Below are positions 38,687 to 48,822 of a DNA stretch of 64,000 nt, one piece after another. A program made the translations under genes and the position numbers. The notes below the pieces were generated by a model. The model saw only the letters and a program-made list of their open reading frames with translations. It was not told the DNA's origin and did not search any database. Positions within the stretch are counted from its first letter, which is position 1. Each line of letters opens with the position of its first letter. Source of the DNA: Bacteroidota bacterium (GTDB lineage: Bacteria > Bacteroidota > Bacteroidia > Chitinophagales > Saprospiraceae); NCBI GenBank assembly GCA_038749535.1, contig JBCDHX010000004.1, forward strand, positions 17,603 to 81,602, written 5' to 3'.

Positions 38687-39203
38687 GCAGTCGTTGTTTA
38701 GTTTTCTCCATTCCCAACGCCTCAAGCCGCGCAATGTTTTGGTCGGGTATCGCTTCTGTATCAGGATGAGAGGCGACCGCCCATTGTACACTTTTTTCAC
38801 GCAGAAAATGGAACATCGGATAAGGAGAACGATTAGTGTAATTGCTGACATCATCCATTTGAGTGCCGGCAAACTGATAGTCAGGATGAAAGCTAGCGAT
38901 TTGAAAAACACCTTCCAGTTGCGCTACTTGCAACGCCTCTTCCAAAATAGCTAAAGCGTCCAGATACGCTTCAAAATCTTTGAGTCCGTGTGTGACAATA
39001 AGAAGTGTCGTTTCCACCTCAGGATGTGACATCAAGTAATTCCACTCCCGAATACTGCTCGCCACCATGTCTTCTAGGAAGTCGCTCTGCTCGGGCACAT
39101 ATCGAATCTTTTGTTGTTCAAAAGGTAGTTTGGCGAAAGGACATAGCGACAACCCAATCACAAAGTTACTGAGCCATCGCTGAGTGTGTTCGATAGCTGT
39201 CAT
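38664..39203 (-). CDS. DUF1415-family protein
   Basis: The N-terminus WLSNFVIGLSLCPFA is as I recall for DUF1415. Confidence 0.55.
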   Translation of the reverse strand: MTAIEHTQRWLSNFVIGLSLCPFAKLPFEQQKIRYVPEQSDFLEDMVASSIREWNYLMSHPEVETTLLIVTHGLKDFEAYLDALAILEEALQVAQLEGVFQIASFHPDYQFAGTQMDDVSNYTNRSPYPMFHFLREKSVQWAVASHPDTEAIPDQNIARLEALGMEKTKQRLHDLDRAD

Positions 39204-39465
39204 AGTACGCTGATTTTGAGTAGTTTAATACAGTTATACATATTTGATAAATTCATATATTTTTATTATATTTGTGACATTAGAATTGTTTTTAATATCT
39301 ACTTCCCTGATAGTAAGTCAATGACGTGAATCAGTAGATTGCCTTCCAAACACAAACACAATTCAGCATTCTTTTCCTTCATCTCGTAGAATGCTCAAGC
39401 TAGTTTGAAATCACTTTATGAATAGTGCTTCCCTGAAAGCAGGGGAGCAATAGTATTATATTTCT

Positions 39466-40644
39466 ATGAGAAAATTAACAAGTTATCCTCTCTTGTGCTA
39501 CCTTTTTTTGTGTAGTACAATCGCGCCCTCGTGCGCTCAAATCATTTACCCAGGACCGGGACTGACTGTACCGCCCTCTGCAACCAACAACGGAGATGTC
39601 GTACCCAATTTTTTCTGCGACGATAATGTAGGCAATTGCTTTGATGTCGATCTCCCACGTATGCCTGATGACAACAACGTCAACAATGGCATCATCGGTC
39701 CTTTTGCGGCATCCGAATGTACGACATTGGAAGCTACTTTTGTCTTCTCTTCCAGCGGCAATCTAGACAACGGCGACGATGTTTTCCTTTGTTACAGACT
39801 CAACAACTCTACGGCTTACTTTCTAGCAGACAACAACAACGCGATCAACAACAGCGATGCCGATACCGACTGCGGCGCACTTGCTGATAACAATGATCTC
39901 GATGCCACGAACTACAATGAAAATGCAACCATCGGAGGTGTAGACAATTGTGATGACGACTGGGAGAACGTGGCTGTAGATGTCCTCATTTATGGCGGAC
40001 CGATCACTTTGACGCCCAATACTTCCTTTCAGTTTCGAGCGTGTACGGACTTTGATGATCCCAATGAGGAAGTGACCTTGGATTATTTTATCATTTTTGG
40101 GGACAATTGCGCTTTTGATATTGTGCTGCCTGTAGAGTTAGTAGACATACAAGCTCGACCTAAAGCCGACCATATCCAACTGAGCTGGACGACGGCGACA
40201 GAGATCGACTTTAGCCATTATGAAATAGAGCATTCTACGAACGGCAAACAATTTGCATTACTACACAAAACCAAAACTCAAGAGGAAAATGGTAGCCTCA
40301 GCGCGTTGTTTTATGCTTGGATGCACCACCATCCAGCAAAAGGCAGTAATTACTATCGGCTGAAAATGGTGGATTTAGATGGTACTTTTGAGTATTCTCC
40401 GATAGTACACTCGACTTGGCATGAAAAGGACGATCTACAAGTCTTCCCCAATCCGGTCACGTCTACTTTTCGAGTGAAAGGTGGCGTTCAAGACTTGCAG
40501 TTGCTGAACATCAATGGGCAAGTGGTGAAAAACTGGCAGCGAGCCGTGTCAGGCATCGACTATGACATACAAAATTTACCAAGCGGCATTTATCAGTTGG
40601 TCAATACAGAAAATAGACAATCGGTGAGAGTAGTGAAGCAATAA
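39466..40644 (+). CDS. Secreted Asn/Asp-rich protein with a T9SS C-terminal sorting domain
   Basis: Signal peptide present. The C-terminus reads LQVFPNPVTSTFRV...LLNINGQVV...LPSGIYQLV...VRVVKQ. Confidence 0.75.
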   Translation: MRKLTSYPLLCYLFLCSTIAPSCAQIIYPGPGLTVPPSATNNGDVVPNFFCDDNVGNCFDVDLPRMPDDNNVNNGIIGPFAASECTTLEATFVFSSSGNLDNGDDVFLCYRLNNSTAYFLADNNNAINNSDADTDCGALADNNDLDATNYNENATIGGVDNCDDDWENVAVDVLIYGGPITLTPNTSFQFRACTDFDDPNEEVTLDYFIIFGDNCAFDIVLPVELVDIQARPKADHIQLSWTTATEIDFSHYEIEHSTNGKQFALLHKTKTQEENGSLSALFYAWMHHHPAKGSNYYRLKMVDLDGTFEYSPIVHSTWHEKDDLQVFPNPVTSTFRVKGGVQDLQLLNINGQVVKNWQRAVSGIDYDIQNLPSGIYQLVNTENRQSVRVVKQ

Positions 40645-40649
40645 ATACG

Positions 40650-40685
40650 AAAAGGGCATCAATGAATCTCACTGATGCCCTTTTA
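40650..40685. terminator. Bidirectional terminator between convergent genes
   Basis: The stem AAAAGGGCATCA / TGATGCCCTTTT has A and T tracts on either side. Confidence 0.75.
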
Positions 40686-40704
40686 ATCGCCATTCTACTC
40701 CAAT

Positions 40705-41043
40705 TTAGCCGCGCGGCTTCTTGTCTTTGTAGCGGTAGAACAGCTCATCATTCAACAGTTCTGTCGTCGCGATGATAGTTGGGCTGGGTAGACGCTCATA
40801 GAACTTTGAGATTTCGATCTGCTCTTTGTTCTCTGTCACCTCTTCGATGGTATCCGTAGATACAGCAAAGTCCTCTAGTTTTTGGTGTAGCTCATGCTTC
40901 AAGTCAACAGAAAGCTGTTTGGCACGCTTAGAAACTACATTGAGGGTTTCGTAGATATTGGCGGTCTTTGACGCTAAATCCTGCACATCACGAGCAGAAA
41001 CATTCGCATCAATAGACTGTACTCTTGATTTTATATCTGTCAT
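40705..41043 (-). CDS. rpoZ: DNA-directed RNA polymerase subunit omega (Bacteroidota type)
   Basis: NIYETLNVVSKRAKQL is present, and the gene sits directly downstream of bamD. Confidence 0.7.
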   Translation of the reverse strand: MTDIKSRVQSIDANVSARDVQDLASKTANIYETLNVVSKRAKQLSVDLKHELHQKLEDFAVSTDTIEEVTENKEQIEISKFYERLPSPTIIATTELLNDELFYRYKDKKPRG

Positions 41044-41848
41044 CTTTCTCTATTGTTTTTAATTTAAGTTCGGCTTTTTTCAAGATGGTTTTTACTTCAT
41101 TGACATACTCAGTTCTGCCGTGCTTGCGTACGAATTGTTTTGCATAGTCGATCACCAATGAATATCGCTCGATCTGACGCTCTACAATACTGTTTTCAGC
41201 ATATTCAAATTCAGACTTGACAATATAATAACGGACTTCCGCTACTCGGCTTGTCTCTGGAAAATCTTTTAACAAATTTTCCAAGGCTTGAATAGCAGAA
41301 GCGTACTGGCGAATGTCGTAGTATAGAATACCCGAATCGAACGCTTTTTGTTCTAATTTTTTACGCAGTTCATCAATTAAAGCGTTGGCATCGCTCAAAC
41401 GTTCGCTATTGGGATAAGTATTGATGAAATTTTGTAGTTGGTTGATTGCTTGATTGGTATATTGCTGATCGAGGCGGAAGCTAGGCGATAGCTGATAATT
41501 GGAATAAGCCGCCATGAAGTCTATTTCTTCCTTGCGGGGACTGTTTCCAAATGTGTTGCTAAAATTATCGAAATAGTAAGACGCCAATATGTAACTGCCC
41601 AAATTATAATAAGTATAGGCGTAATTGTAATAAATGTCTTCCAACTCCCGCTTTCCTCTGTAAACGGGCAAAATTAGTTCGTACAACGTCTGTGCTTTCT
41701 GATACTCCCCTTCTTCAAAATAAGCATTCGCGGTGTCTAACAATAGCTTTGGGTCACCACTCGTCCGAATCTTCTCAAACTCTGTCTTGCAAGCACCAAG
41801 TACCAACAATCCGACCATCAAGCACAAAAAATACAACTTTTTTCTCAT
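41009..41848 (-). CDS. bamD: Outer-membrane protein assembly factor BamD (TPR lipoprotein)
   Basis: Lipobox LGAC. TPR-like repeats such as ANAYFEEGEYQKAQTLYE are present. Confidence 0.8.
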   Translation of the reverse strand: MRKKLYFLCLMVGLLVLGACKTEFEKIRTSGDPKLLLDTANAYFEEGEYQKAQTLYELILPVYRGKRELEDIYYNYAYTYYNLGSYILASYYFDNFSNTFGNSPRKEEIDFMAAYSNYQLSPSFRLDQQYTNQAINQLQNFINTYPNSERLSDANALIDELRKKLEQKAFDSGILYYDIRQYASAIQALENLLKDFPETSRVAEVRYYIVKSEFEYAENSIVERQIERYSLVIDYAKQFVRKHGRTEYVNEVKTILKKAELKLKTIEKDDRYKIKSTVY

Positions 41849-42133
41849 AAGGGCGCAAAATTACGTTTTTTGTTTCAATAATTCAATAGTAACAGAGTAT
41901 CTACAGAATGGCAAAGGTTGTGCGAGAATAGAAAATACAAGAATTTGTGTTTTGACGTTACGAGCATCCCTTCCTAAAGTCAATTATCATCTTGTTTTCC
42001 ATTCAACTAACTTTGAGTACACAAATAATTAACTTCCCATCACTGACTTTTTTATTTAATTTGCGACGGCTAAGCCGCCCCTAATGTTAAACACCTGATT
42101 TCACTTCTATTTTTTAGTCAAATTAGTTTCATC

Positions 42134-42814
42134 GTGAGCAACCAAAAGATTTTAATCGTCGACGACGAGCCGGACATTCTTGAAATTCTCAAGTTTAACC
42201 TAGACAAAGAAGGCTATACGACCTTCATCGCAGCGAACGGAGAGGAAGGCATCAAAGTAGCCGAGGAAGAAAACCCCGATCTAGTCGTCTTGGATATTAT
42301 GATGCCAAGGATGGATGGTGTGGAAGTTTGTCGATATTTGCGGCAGAAAGAAAAATTCAATCATACGCTGATTGCTTTTTTGACGGCACGAGATGAAGAC
42401 TATTCGCAGATCGCGGCACTGGAAGTCGGCGGTGATGACTACATCACCAAACCTATCCGCCCTAGGGTGTTGATCAGCCGCATCAAAGCATTACTTAGGC
42501 GTGCTCGAACAGCGGAAGCAGAAGAGCTAGCGACAGTGACTTTAGGAAATTTGACGGTCAATAAAGAACGTATTTCAGTCACCAAAGACGGGCAAGAAAT
42601 AGAATTGGCAAAAAAAGAATTTGAGCTGCTCAGCTTATTGATTTCTAAACCAGGTAAAGTATTTTCGCGCGACGAAATTTTCAACAAAGTCTGGGGCACG
42701 GATGTCATCGTCGGTAATCGGACAATAGATGTTCATATTCGGAAACTGAGAGAAAAAATAGGGGATGAGTACATCAAAACCATTAAAGGTATCGGGTATA
42801 AATTTGAGTTTTAA
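42134..42814 (+). CDS. OmpR/PhoB-family response regulator
   Basis: ILIVDDEPDI, LDIMMPRMDG and a winged-helix C-terminus. GTG start. Confidence 0.9.
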   Translation: MSNQKILIVDDEPDILEILKFNLDKEGYTTFIAANGEEGIKVAEEENPDLVVLDIMMPRMDGVEVCRYLRQKEKFNHTLIAFLTARDEDYSQIAALEVGGDDYITKPIRPRVLISRIKALLRRARTAEAEELATVTLGNLTVNKERISVTKDGQEIELAKKEFELLSLLISKPGKVFSRDEIFNKVWGTDVIVGNRTIDVHIRKLREKIGDEYIKTIKGIGYKFEF

Positions 42815-43889
42815 TCCACTTCAAATTCAAAAGAACTATAGTCCACGACAGCTTTCCCTCTTCGCTGCCTTTTGGATCACGATCGTCGCTGTAGTCGTCT
42901 TCTTGCCTCATCTGTTATTGGAAAGTAGTTTTCTGAACTACCGGTTTCTGATTTACTTTATCTCTGCGATTTCGTTCTTTATCGCGACTTATCTAGTCTT
43001 TCTATTTGCCATCAAAAAGTATGTCTATAGACGTATCAAGCTGATTTACAAGACGATACATCAAAGTAAATTATCTGCCCAAGAGAAAAAAGATACCGTT
43101 AGCTCTGATGCTAGCATATTCGAAGAAGTAGAAAAAGACGTAGAAAAATGGGCTGCCAATCAGCAAATCGAATTGGAGAAGTACAAAGAATGGGCAGAGT
43201 ATCGCCGCCGTTTTGTAGGTGATATTTCACACGAACTCAAAACACCGATCTTCGTTATTCAAGGCTATCTGGACACCTTGCTGGATGGTGCTTGGGAAGA
43301 TAAAGAAAGACTCGTTTATTATTTACGAAAAGCAGTCAAAAGTACGGAGCGACTGACCACCATTGTACAGGATCTGGAAGCAATCGCTAAACTAGAATCA
43401 GGTGACCTGATGCTAGACATCCGCAATGTCAATATCAAAAAGATAACTGAAGAAGTCTTCGAGGAATTGGAAATGAAAGCGCAGCAGCATAATATTGAAT
43501 TGATTTTCAAGAATGATGCAGACACTGCCTATACGGTACATGCTGATGAAGGTTTGATTCGACAAGTATTGACCAATTTAATTAGCAACTCCATCAAGTA
43601 CGGCAAGGAAGATGGACATACCAAAGTCAGCTTTTATGACATGGACAAACACATCCTGATCGAAGTGGCAGACAACGGCATCGGTATTCCTTCTGAGCAT
43701 TTGGCACACGTCTTTGACCGCTTTTATCGCGTCGACAAAAGTCGCTCTAGGCAGCGTGGTGGCTCAGGTCTGGGGCTTTCCATTGTCAAACACATCATCG
43801 AAGCACACGAGCAAACCATCAATGTACGCAGCGCACGGCAAATGGGTTCTACTTTTGGGTTTACGCTGGAGAAGGTGGCGAGGGAGTAA
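42765..43889 (+). CDS. Sensor histidine kinase (PhoR-like)
   Basis: Two TM helices, the H-box FVGDISHELKTP and the ATPase motifs DNGIGIP and GGSGLGLSIV. The annotated ATG overlaps the regulator by 50 nt; a TTG near 42804 is an alternative start. Confidence 0.85.
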   Translation: MSTSKPLKVSGINLSFNPLQIQKNYSPRQLSLFAAFWITIVAVVVFLPHLLLESSFLNYRFLIYFISAISFFIATYLVFLFAIKKYVYRRIKLIYKTIHQSKLSAQEKKDTVSSDASIFEEVEKDVEKWAANQQIELEKYKEWAEYRRRFVGDISHELKTPIFVIQGYLDTLLDGAWEDKERLVYYLRKAVKSTERLTTIVQDLEAIAKLESGDLMLDIRNVNIKKITEEVFEELEMKAQQHNIELIFKNDADTAYTVHADEGLIRQVLTNLISNSIKYGKEDGHTKVSFYDMDKHILIEVADNGIGIPSEHLAHVFDRFYRVDKSRSRQRGGSGLGLSIVKHIIEAHEQTINVRSARQMGSTFGFTLEKVARE

Positions 43890-44045
43890 TTTTTTTTAGG
43901 GCTGAGAGGTAATGTGTGATACGCGAGAGAGGACAAGAAATCCAGACAGTTTTAAAGTCAAAATCAGTAATCGTACCTAAATATCTGAATACTGATTTCC
44001 GCTAATTGGCTAACTGCTAATGACTAATAGCTCAAAGCTAAACAA

Positions 44046-45980
44046 ATGATTACAGCAAGCAATATATACATACAATACGGTGATCGCATCTTATTAGATC
44101 GCGTCAATACTGTCATTCAAGAAGGAGAAAAGATAGGGCTAGTAGGTCGCAATGGTGCCGGTAAATCTACGTTGATGAAGATCATCGCCGAAGAGATTTC
44201 TCCGCAAGAGGGCAACATCGCACGTCCGGGCAGTAGCACACTTGGATTTCTACATCAAGAAATGGATATTCCGAAAGGAAAGACGGTCATGGAAGAGTCG
44301 CTCACAGCATTCGAGAGTCTTCGGGAGCTAGAGGCGAGAATGGAGCAAATGAACCACGATATTGCTACGCGCACCGACTATGAAAGCGATGGTTATATGC
44401 AATTGTTAACTGAATTTGCAGAAGCCAATGAGCGTTTTCAGTTACTCGGCGGAGAATCAATGCAGGCGGATACGGAGCGGGTGCTGAAAGGATTGGGGTT
44501 TAAACAAACGGACTTTGATCGACTGACGGATGAGTTTAGTGGCGGCTGGCAGATGCGGATCGAACTCGCCAAAATGCTACTCCAACGACCGGACTATCTG
44601 CTACTCGATGAGCCGACCAATCACCTAGACATCGAGTCTATTATTTGGCTGGAACAGTTCTTGAAAACTTATTCTGGTGCGGTCATTATTATCTCTCACG
44701 ACAAACAGTTTTTGGACAATACGACTAAAAGAACGCTAGAAGTCGAACTCGGAAAGCTATACGACTACAAAGCTGCTTACAGCAAATATATGGAGCTTAA
44801 AGCCGAGCGCATGGAAAAAATGCAATCGACTTACAGCAACCAACAAAAAGTCATCGCGCAGCGCGAGCGCACCATCAATCGCTTTATGGCGAAAGCTACC
44901 AAAACCAAAATGGCACAATCCATGCAAAAGCAATTGAATAGAATGGAGCGTGTCGAGCTAGTAGAGACCGATGTGGCGAGTATGAATTTACGCTTTCCTG
45001 ATCCGCCACGTTCCGGTCAGATTGTCGTAGAAGGTAAAGACTTGACCAAAAACTATGGTGATCTAAAAGTGCTGACGGATGTGGACTTCAAAGTGGAGCG
45101 TGGTGAGCGTATAGCATTTGTGGGGCAAAACGGGCAAGGTAAATCAACGCTCGCCAAAATCATCGTCCAAAATATCCCAGCGAGCGATGGTGAAGTCGAT
45201 TTAGGTCATAATGTACAGATTGGCTATTACGCTCAGAATCAATCGGATACACTAGACGCTAAGCTGACGCTGCTCGAAACGATGGAATATTATTCACCTC
45301 CAGAGTTGCGGACGCGTTTGCGCAATATTTTGGGCGCATTCATGTTTACTGGCGAAGATGTAGATAAGAAAGTATCGGTGCTATCAGGTGGAGAAAGAGC
45401 GCGTCTAGCACTAGCTTGTCTCCTCCTCAATCCTTTCAATTTGCTGGTGCTCGATGAGCCGACCAACCATTTGGATATGATCTCCAAAGATGTCCTCAAA
45501 CAAGCATTGATGGATTATAAAGGGACGATGATTGTCGTTTCTCATGATCGCGATTTCTTAGCAGAATTGACAGATACGACGCTGGAATTTAGAGATCGAA
45601 AACTCCATCGCTACCTCGGCGATGTCAACTATTTTTTGGGGAAACGAGCATTGGATAATATGCGCGATGTCGAGCTACAAGACTCCAAAAACAGCAAAGC
45701 AGCAGCATCCACTCCTACTGCATCAGCCTCTGTGAGCAGACCCGAAATCAGTCATGAAGAACGCAAGAATCTGATGCGCGCGGTCAGCCAAGCAGAGAAG
45801 AAAATAGAGCGCATCGAAGTAAAGATGGAAAAGCTAGAAACTGCTATGGCACAGCCCGAGTTTTATAATCAAGCGGATGCGAATGATGTCATGCAGGAAC
45901 ACGGTCAGTTGAAAAAAGACCTAGAAACAGCGATGGAAGATTGGGAAGTGGCGCAGGAGGCTTGGGAGCCTTATGCGTAA
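44046..45980 (+). CDS. ABC-F family ATPase (Uup-like, with C-terminal coiled coil)
   Basis: Two ABC cassettes (GRNGAGKST and GQNGQGKST) and no TM domain. Length 644 aa. Confidence 0.85.
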   Translation: MITASNIYIQYGDRILLDRVNTVIQEGEKIGLVGRNGAGKSTLMKIIAEEISPQEGNIARPGSSTLGFLHQEMDIPKGKTVMEESLTAFESLRELEARMEQMNHDIATRTDYESDGYMQLLTEFAEANERFQLLGGESMQADTERVLKGLGFKQTDFDRLTDEFSGGWQMRIELAKMLLQRPDYLLLDEPTNHLDIESIIWLEQFLKTYSGAVIIISHDKQFLDNTTKRTLEVELGKLYDYKAAYSKYMELKAERMEKMQSTYSNQQKVIAQRERTINRFMAKATKTKMAQSMQKQLNRMERVELVETDVASMNLRFPDPPRSGQIVVEGKDLTKNYGDLKVLTDVDFKVERGERIAFVGQNGQGKSTLAKIIVQNIPASDGEVDLGHNVQIGYYAQNQSDTLDAKLTLLETMEYYSPPELRTRLRNILGAFMFTGEDVDKKVSVLSGGERARLALACLLLNPFNLLVLDEPTNHLDMISKDVLKQALMDYKGTMIVVSHDRDFLAELTDTTLEFRDRKLHRYLGDVNYFLGKRALDNMRDVELQDSKNSKAAASTPTASASVSRPEISHEERKNLMRAVSQAEKKIERIEVKMEKLETAMAQPEFYNQADANDVMQEHGQLKKDLETAMEDWEVAQEAWEPYA

Positions 45981-46034
45981 GTACAGTATTCTCGCTTATG
46001 CATTCCACAACAAGATTTTCCCTAATTTTGCCCC

Positions 46035-47843
46035 ATGAAATCCATCCTCCGATATTTATCACCCTATCGCGGACTGATCGCCGGACACGTCATCAGCAAC
46101 ATACTGACAGTCATCTTTTCTATCGTGAGTGTCCCTGCGCTTATTCCTTTTCTGAATGTATTGTTTGGCGAAGTAGAGGCGGTGACGGCGCGACCGGAAT
46201 GGGCATGGAATGCAGAAGCGCTGGAAGGGACAGCCAACTATTATTTCGGGCAATTTATTAATGAATATGGAGCGGAGCGTACGATGATTTATGCCTGTGC
46301 GTTCATCATCGTCGTCTTCTTTTTCAAAAATTTATTTCGCTATTTGGCATTGGTATTTATGACGCCTGTTCGATCTGGTATTGTTCGAGATGTGCGGGCT
46401 TCCTTGTTCGATAAAGCAATGTTTTTGCCGCTATCTTACTTTTCGGAGGCAAGAAAAGGAGATATTATGTCGCGCATCACCGCTGATGTTCAGGAGATCG
46501 AGTGGAGTGTTTTGGGTATGCTGGAGACGGCGGTACGTGAACCTTTGATGGTCATCGGGGCAATGGGCGCGATGCTGGTGTTAAGTCCAAAACTGACGGG
46601 GATTGTTTTTGTGCTGATTCTGTTTACGGCATTGGTGATTGGTGGCTTGGGGAAGATATTGAAGAAACAGTCTCGCGAAGCGCAACAGACGCTGGGATTG
46701 CTGGTCTCAAGAATGGAAGAAGCGTTGTCAGGATTACGGATTGTCAAGGCATTTGGCGCGGAAGGTTATCAGAACGATCATTTTGGAGACGCTAATAATC
46801 GCTACCGTTTTTGGGTCAATCGGCTGCTTTGGCGTACCGATTTGTCTTCGCCCTTATCGGAATTTTTGGGTGTTATGACTTTTGCATTTTTGATCTGGTA
46901 TGGGTTTAAAGAAATCAATAGCAGCGGTCTACTCATCTCTACTTTTTTCTCTTTTCTCTATGCTTTTTTCTTGATTTTAGAACCTTCCAAAAAACTCTCC
47001 AAATCGCTCTACCGCATCCAAAAAGGACTAGCTGCCATAGACCGCGTCGAAGAAATCTTACAAACACCCAATCCTATTTCAGACCCTAAACAACCAATAC
47101 AACTCACTGATTTTCAGCATACTATTCGCTACAACAACCTCACATTCGCCTATGCCAATCAAGAACAAGCTGCCCTTCAAAACATCAATTTGTCCATCCC
47201 CAAAGGGCAAAGTATCGCACTCGTGGGCGGCTCAGGAGCAGGCAAATCAACTTTTGTAGACTTACTACCTAGATTTTACGATCCACAACAAGGCAGCATC
47301 ACAATAGACGGTATTGACATACGTGAAGTCAGTCTGAAAAACCTACGCGATCTAATGAGTGTTGTTTCTCAAGAAGCCATTCTCTTCAATGATACCATCT
47401 ATAACAATATCGTTTTTGGACTAAAAAATATAACAGAATCGGAAGTCATCGCCGCCGCCAAAGTTGCCAATGCGCACGAGTTCATTTTGGCAACTGAAAA
47501 TGGCTATCAGACCAACATAGGCGATCGCGGCAACAAACTAAGCGGCGGACAACGGCAGCGACTGACTATCGCACGAGCTATTCTTCGCAATCCACCGATC
47601 TTGATTCTGGACGAAGCGACTTCTGCACTAGACTCTGAATCAGAAAAGCTCGTACAAGATGCACTCGTCAAAGTGATGCAGAACCGCACCACTTTCATCG
47701 TCGCACATCGTTTGTCTACTGTACAGCACGCAGATGTCATTATCGTCCTGAAAGATGGACAAATTGTGGAACAAGGTACACATCTGGAGCTACTAGAGTA
47801 CGATGAAGAATATGGGAAATTGGTGGCATTGCAGGCAGTGTAG
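46035..47843 (+). CDS. ABC exporter, fused permease/ATPase (MsbA-like)
   Basis: Six TM helices, then GGSGAGKST, LSGGQRQR and ILILDEATSALD. Confidence 0.85.
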   Translation: MKSILRYLSPYRGLIAGHVISNILTVIFSIVSVPALIPFLNVLFGEVEAVTARPEWAWNAEALEGTANYYFGQFINEYGAERTMIYACAFIIVVFFFKNLFRYLALVFMTPVRSGIVRDVRASLFDKAMFLPLSYFSEARKGDIMSRITADVQEIEWSVLGMLETAVREPLMVIGAMGAMLVLSPKLTGIVFVLILFTALVIGGLGKILKKQSREAQQTLGLLVSRMEEALSGLRIVKAFGAEGYQNDHFGDANNRYRFWVNRLLWRTDLSSPLSEFLGVMTFAFLIWYGFKEINSSGLLISTFFSFLYAFFLILEPSKKLSKSLYRIQKGLAAIDRVEEILQTPNPISDPKQPIQLTDFQHTIRYNNLTFAYANQEQAALQNINLSIPKGQSIALVGGSGAGKSTFVDLLPRFYDPQQGSITIDGIDIREVSLKNLRDLMSVVSQEAILFNDTIYNNIVFGLKNITESEVIAAAKVANAHEFILATENGYQTNIGDRGNKLSGGQRQRLTIARAILRNPPILILDEATSALDSESEKLVQDALVKVMQNRTTFIVAHRLSTVQHADVIIVLKDGQIVEQGTHLELLEYDEEYGKLVALQAV

Positions 47844-48134
47844 CTAACACTTTTCTGCTTAGACTTCAAAAATCTTAGCCGCTAGTCTTATAGTGTGACT
47901 TTTGTCCTACTCGGCGGGCTGCCGTTTGTATACGCGGAGCGATTTATACAAACTAGACTTTTTTGGTTACTTTTTCTGGCAATGAAAAAAAGTAACTGCC
48001 TAGCCGGCAGGAGGCGGACTCAAGCTGTATATAGGATGACAAATATGCTTTACACAAGTCAAAAGCATATTGTCAGTGAGTTAAGAAGAAATAAAGCTTT
48101 ATTTGAATTATCAGTACACTCTTTCTACAGTATA

Positions 48135-48632
48135 CTACTCTTCCTCCTTCACCGCCGCATACATCATCTGCGCATCTTCCAAAGCGAATGTACCGATCAA
48201 GCCAGACTGAAAAAGATACTGAATGTCACCTTGTAGACGGATGTATCGAAATCCGTAGAAGCTTTGGGTGCTGTCGATAGCCGTTTCGTAAATAAATCCG
48301 GCTTCTTCTTCCTCTACAATACGCTCAAAATTGGAAATGCTCTTTACGTAGCCCAGTTGTTCCGCTTTAAGTTGTGCCATATCAGAAGTGCTCGCCGGAG
48401 CATAGGTCAGCAAAACGTCAAAACCCTCTCCAGCCTTGATGCTGACTTCTTTGTCGCCTAGAAATCCTTCCGACATTTTGACCTGTGGCGAATCGACCGG
48501 AACTCGAATAGACATAGGCACGCCGTATTCTAATAAATCGAAAGACTGCATGGTAGAAGCATCGCTTTCGCATTGCCAAAACAGAAGAGTGGACAGTGAA
48601 AACAAAAGTGCGAAAAAGCTAAATCGTTGCAT
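48135..48632 (-). CDS. Hypothetical lipoprotein
   Basis: The start was moved to MQRFSFFALLFSLSTLLFWQC (lipobox-like). I recognise no family. Confidence 0.5.
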   Translation of the reverse strand: MQRFSFFALLFSLSTLLFWQCESDASTMQSFDLLEYGVPMSIRVPVDSPQVKMSEGFLGDKEVSIKAGEGFDVLLTYAPASTSDMAQLKAEQLGYVKSISNFERIVEEEEAGFIYETAIDSTQSFYGFRYIRLQGDIQYLFQSGLIGTFALEDAQMMYAAVKEEE

Positions 48633-48822
48633 ATTGAAATAAAATTGTGGAGCGCAAATTAGGGAATTTGTAATAAATAAGGTGTCCAATTTTTTGAGAA
48701 TTATCACAAGCGAGTGCGAGGCGCGAAGAGGGAGCATAGCCTGAGCTACACGACCGATGAGCAACGACACAATCGCCCTGTGAGAAAATCAAAAACGGGT
48801 AGATTATATTTTACAACTTCCC

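Noticed and set aside
38687-38911. N-terminal 75-codon extension of the LuxC-like ORF, and similar 5' extensions of ORFs at 4517, 5875, 12138, 16373, 34159, 48770, 49926 and 59584
   Set aside because: The extensions overlap upstream genes or lack signal and Rossmann features. Those features appear right after an internal Met, so the internal starts were preferred.
47895-48236. Intergenic or edge ORFs 47895..48236, 48714..48923, 51904..52149, 60949..61215, 41733..42032 and 22111..22416
   Set aside because: They have no recognisable motifs, span hairpin-rich or A/T-rich spacers, or overlap real genes. They are most likely chance ORFs.
48718-48727. Shared GAGGCGCGAA between the 23187-23196 palindrome and the 48.7 kb GC island, as evidence for one dispersed repeat family (also compared with the 47.9 kb and 51.7 kb spacers)
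   Set aside because: A 10-11 nt match among several kb of intergenic sequence on both strands is expected by chance, and I could not extend any alignment beyond it.
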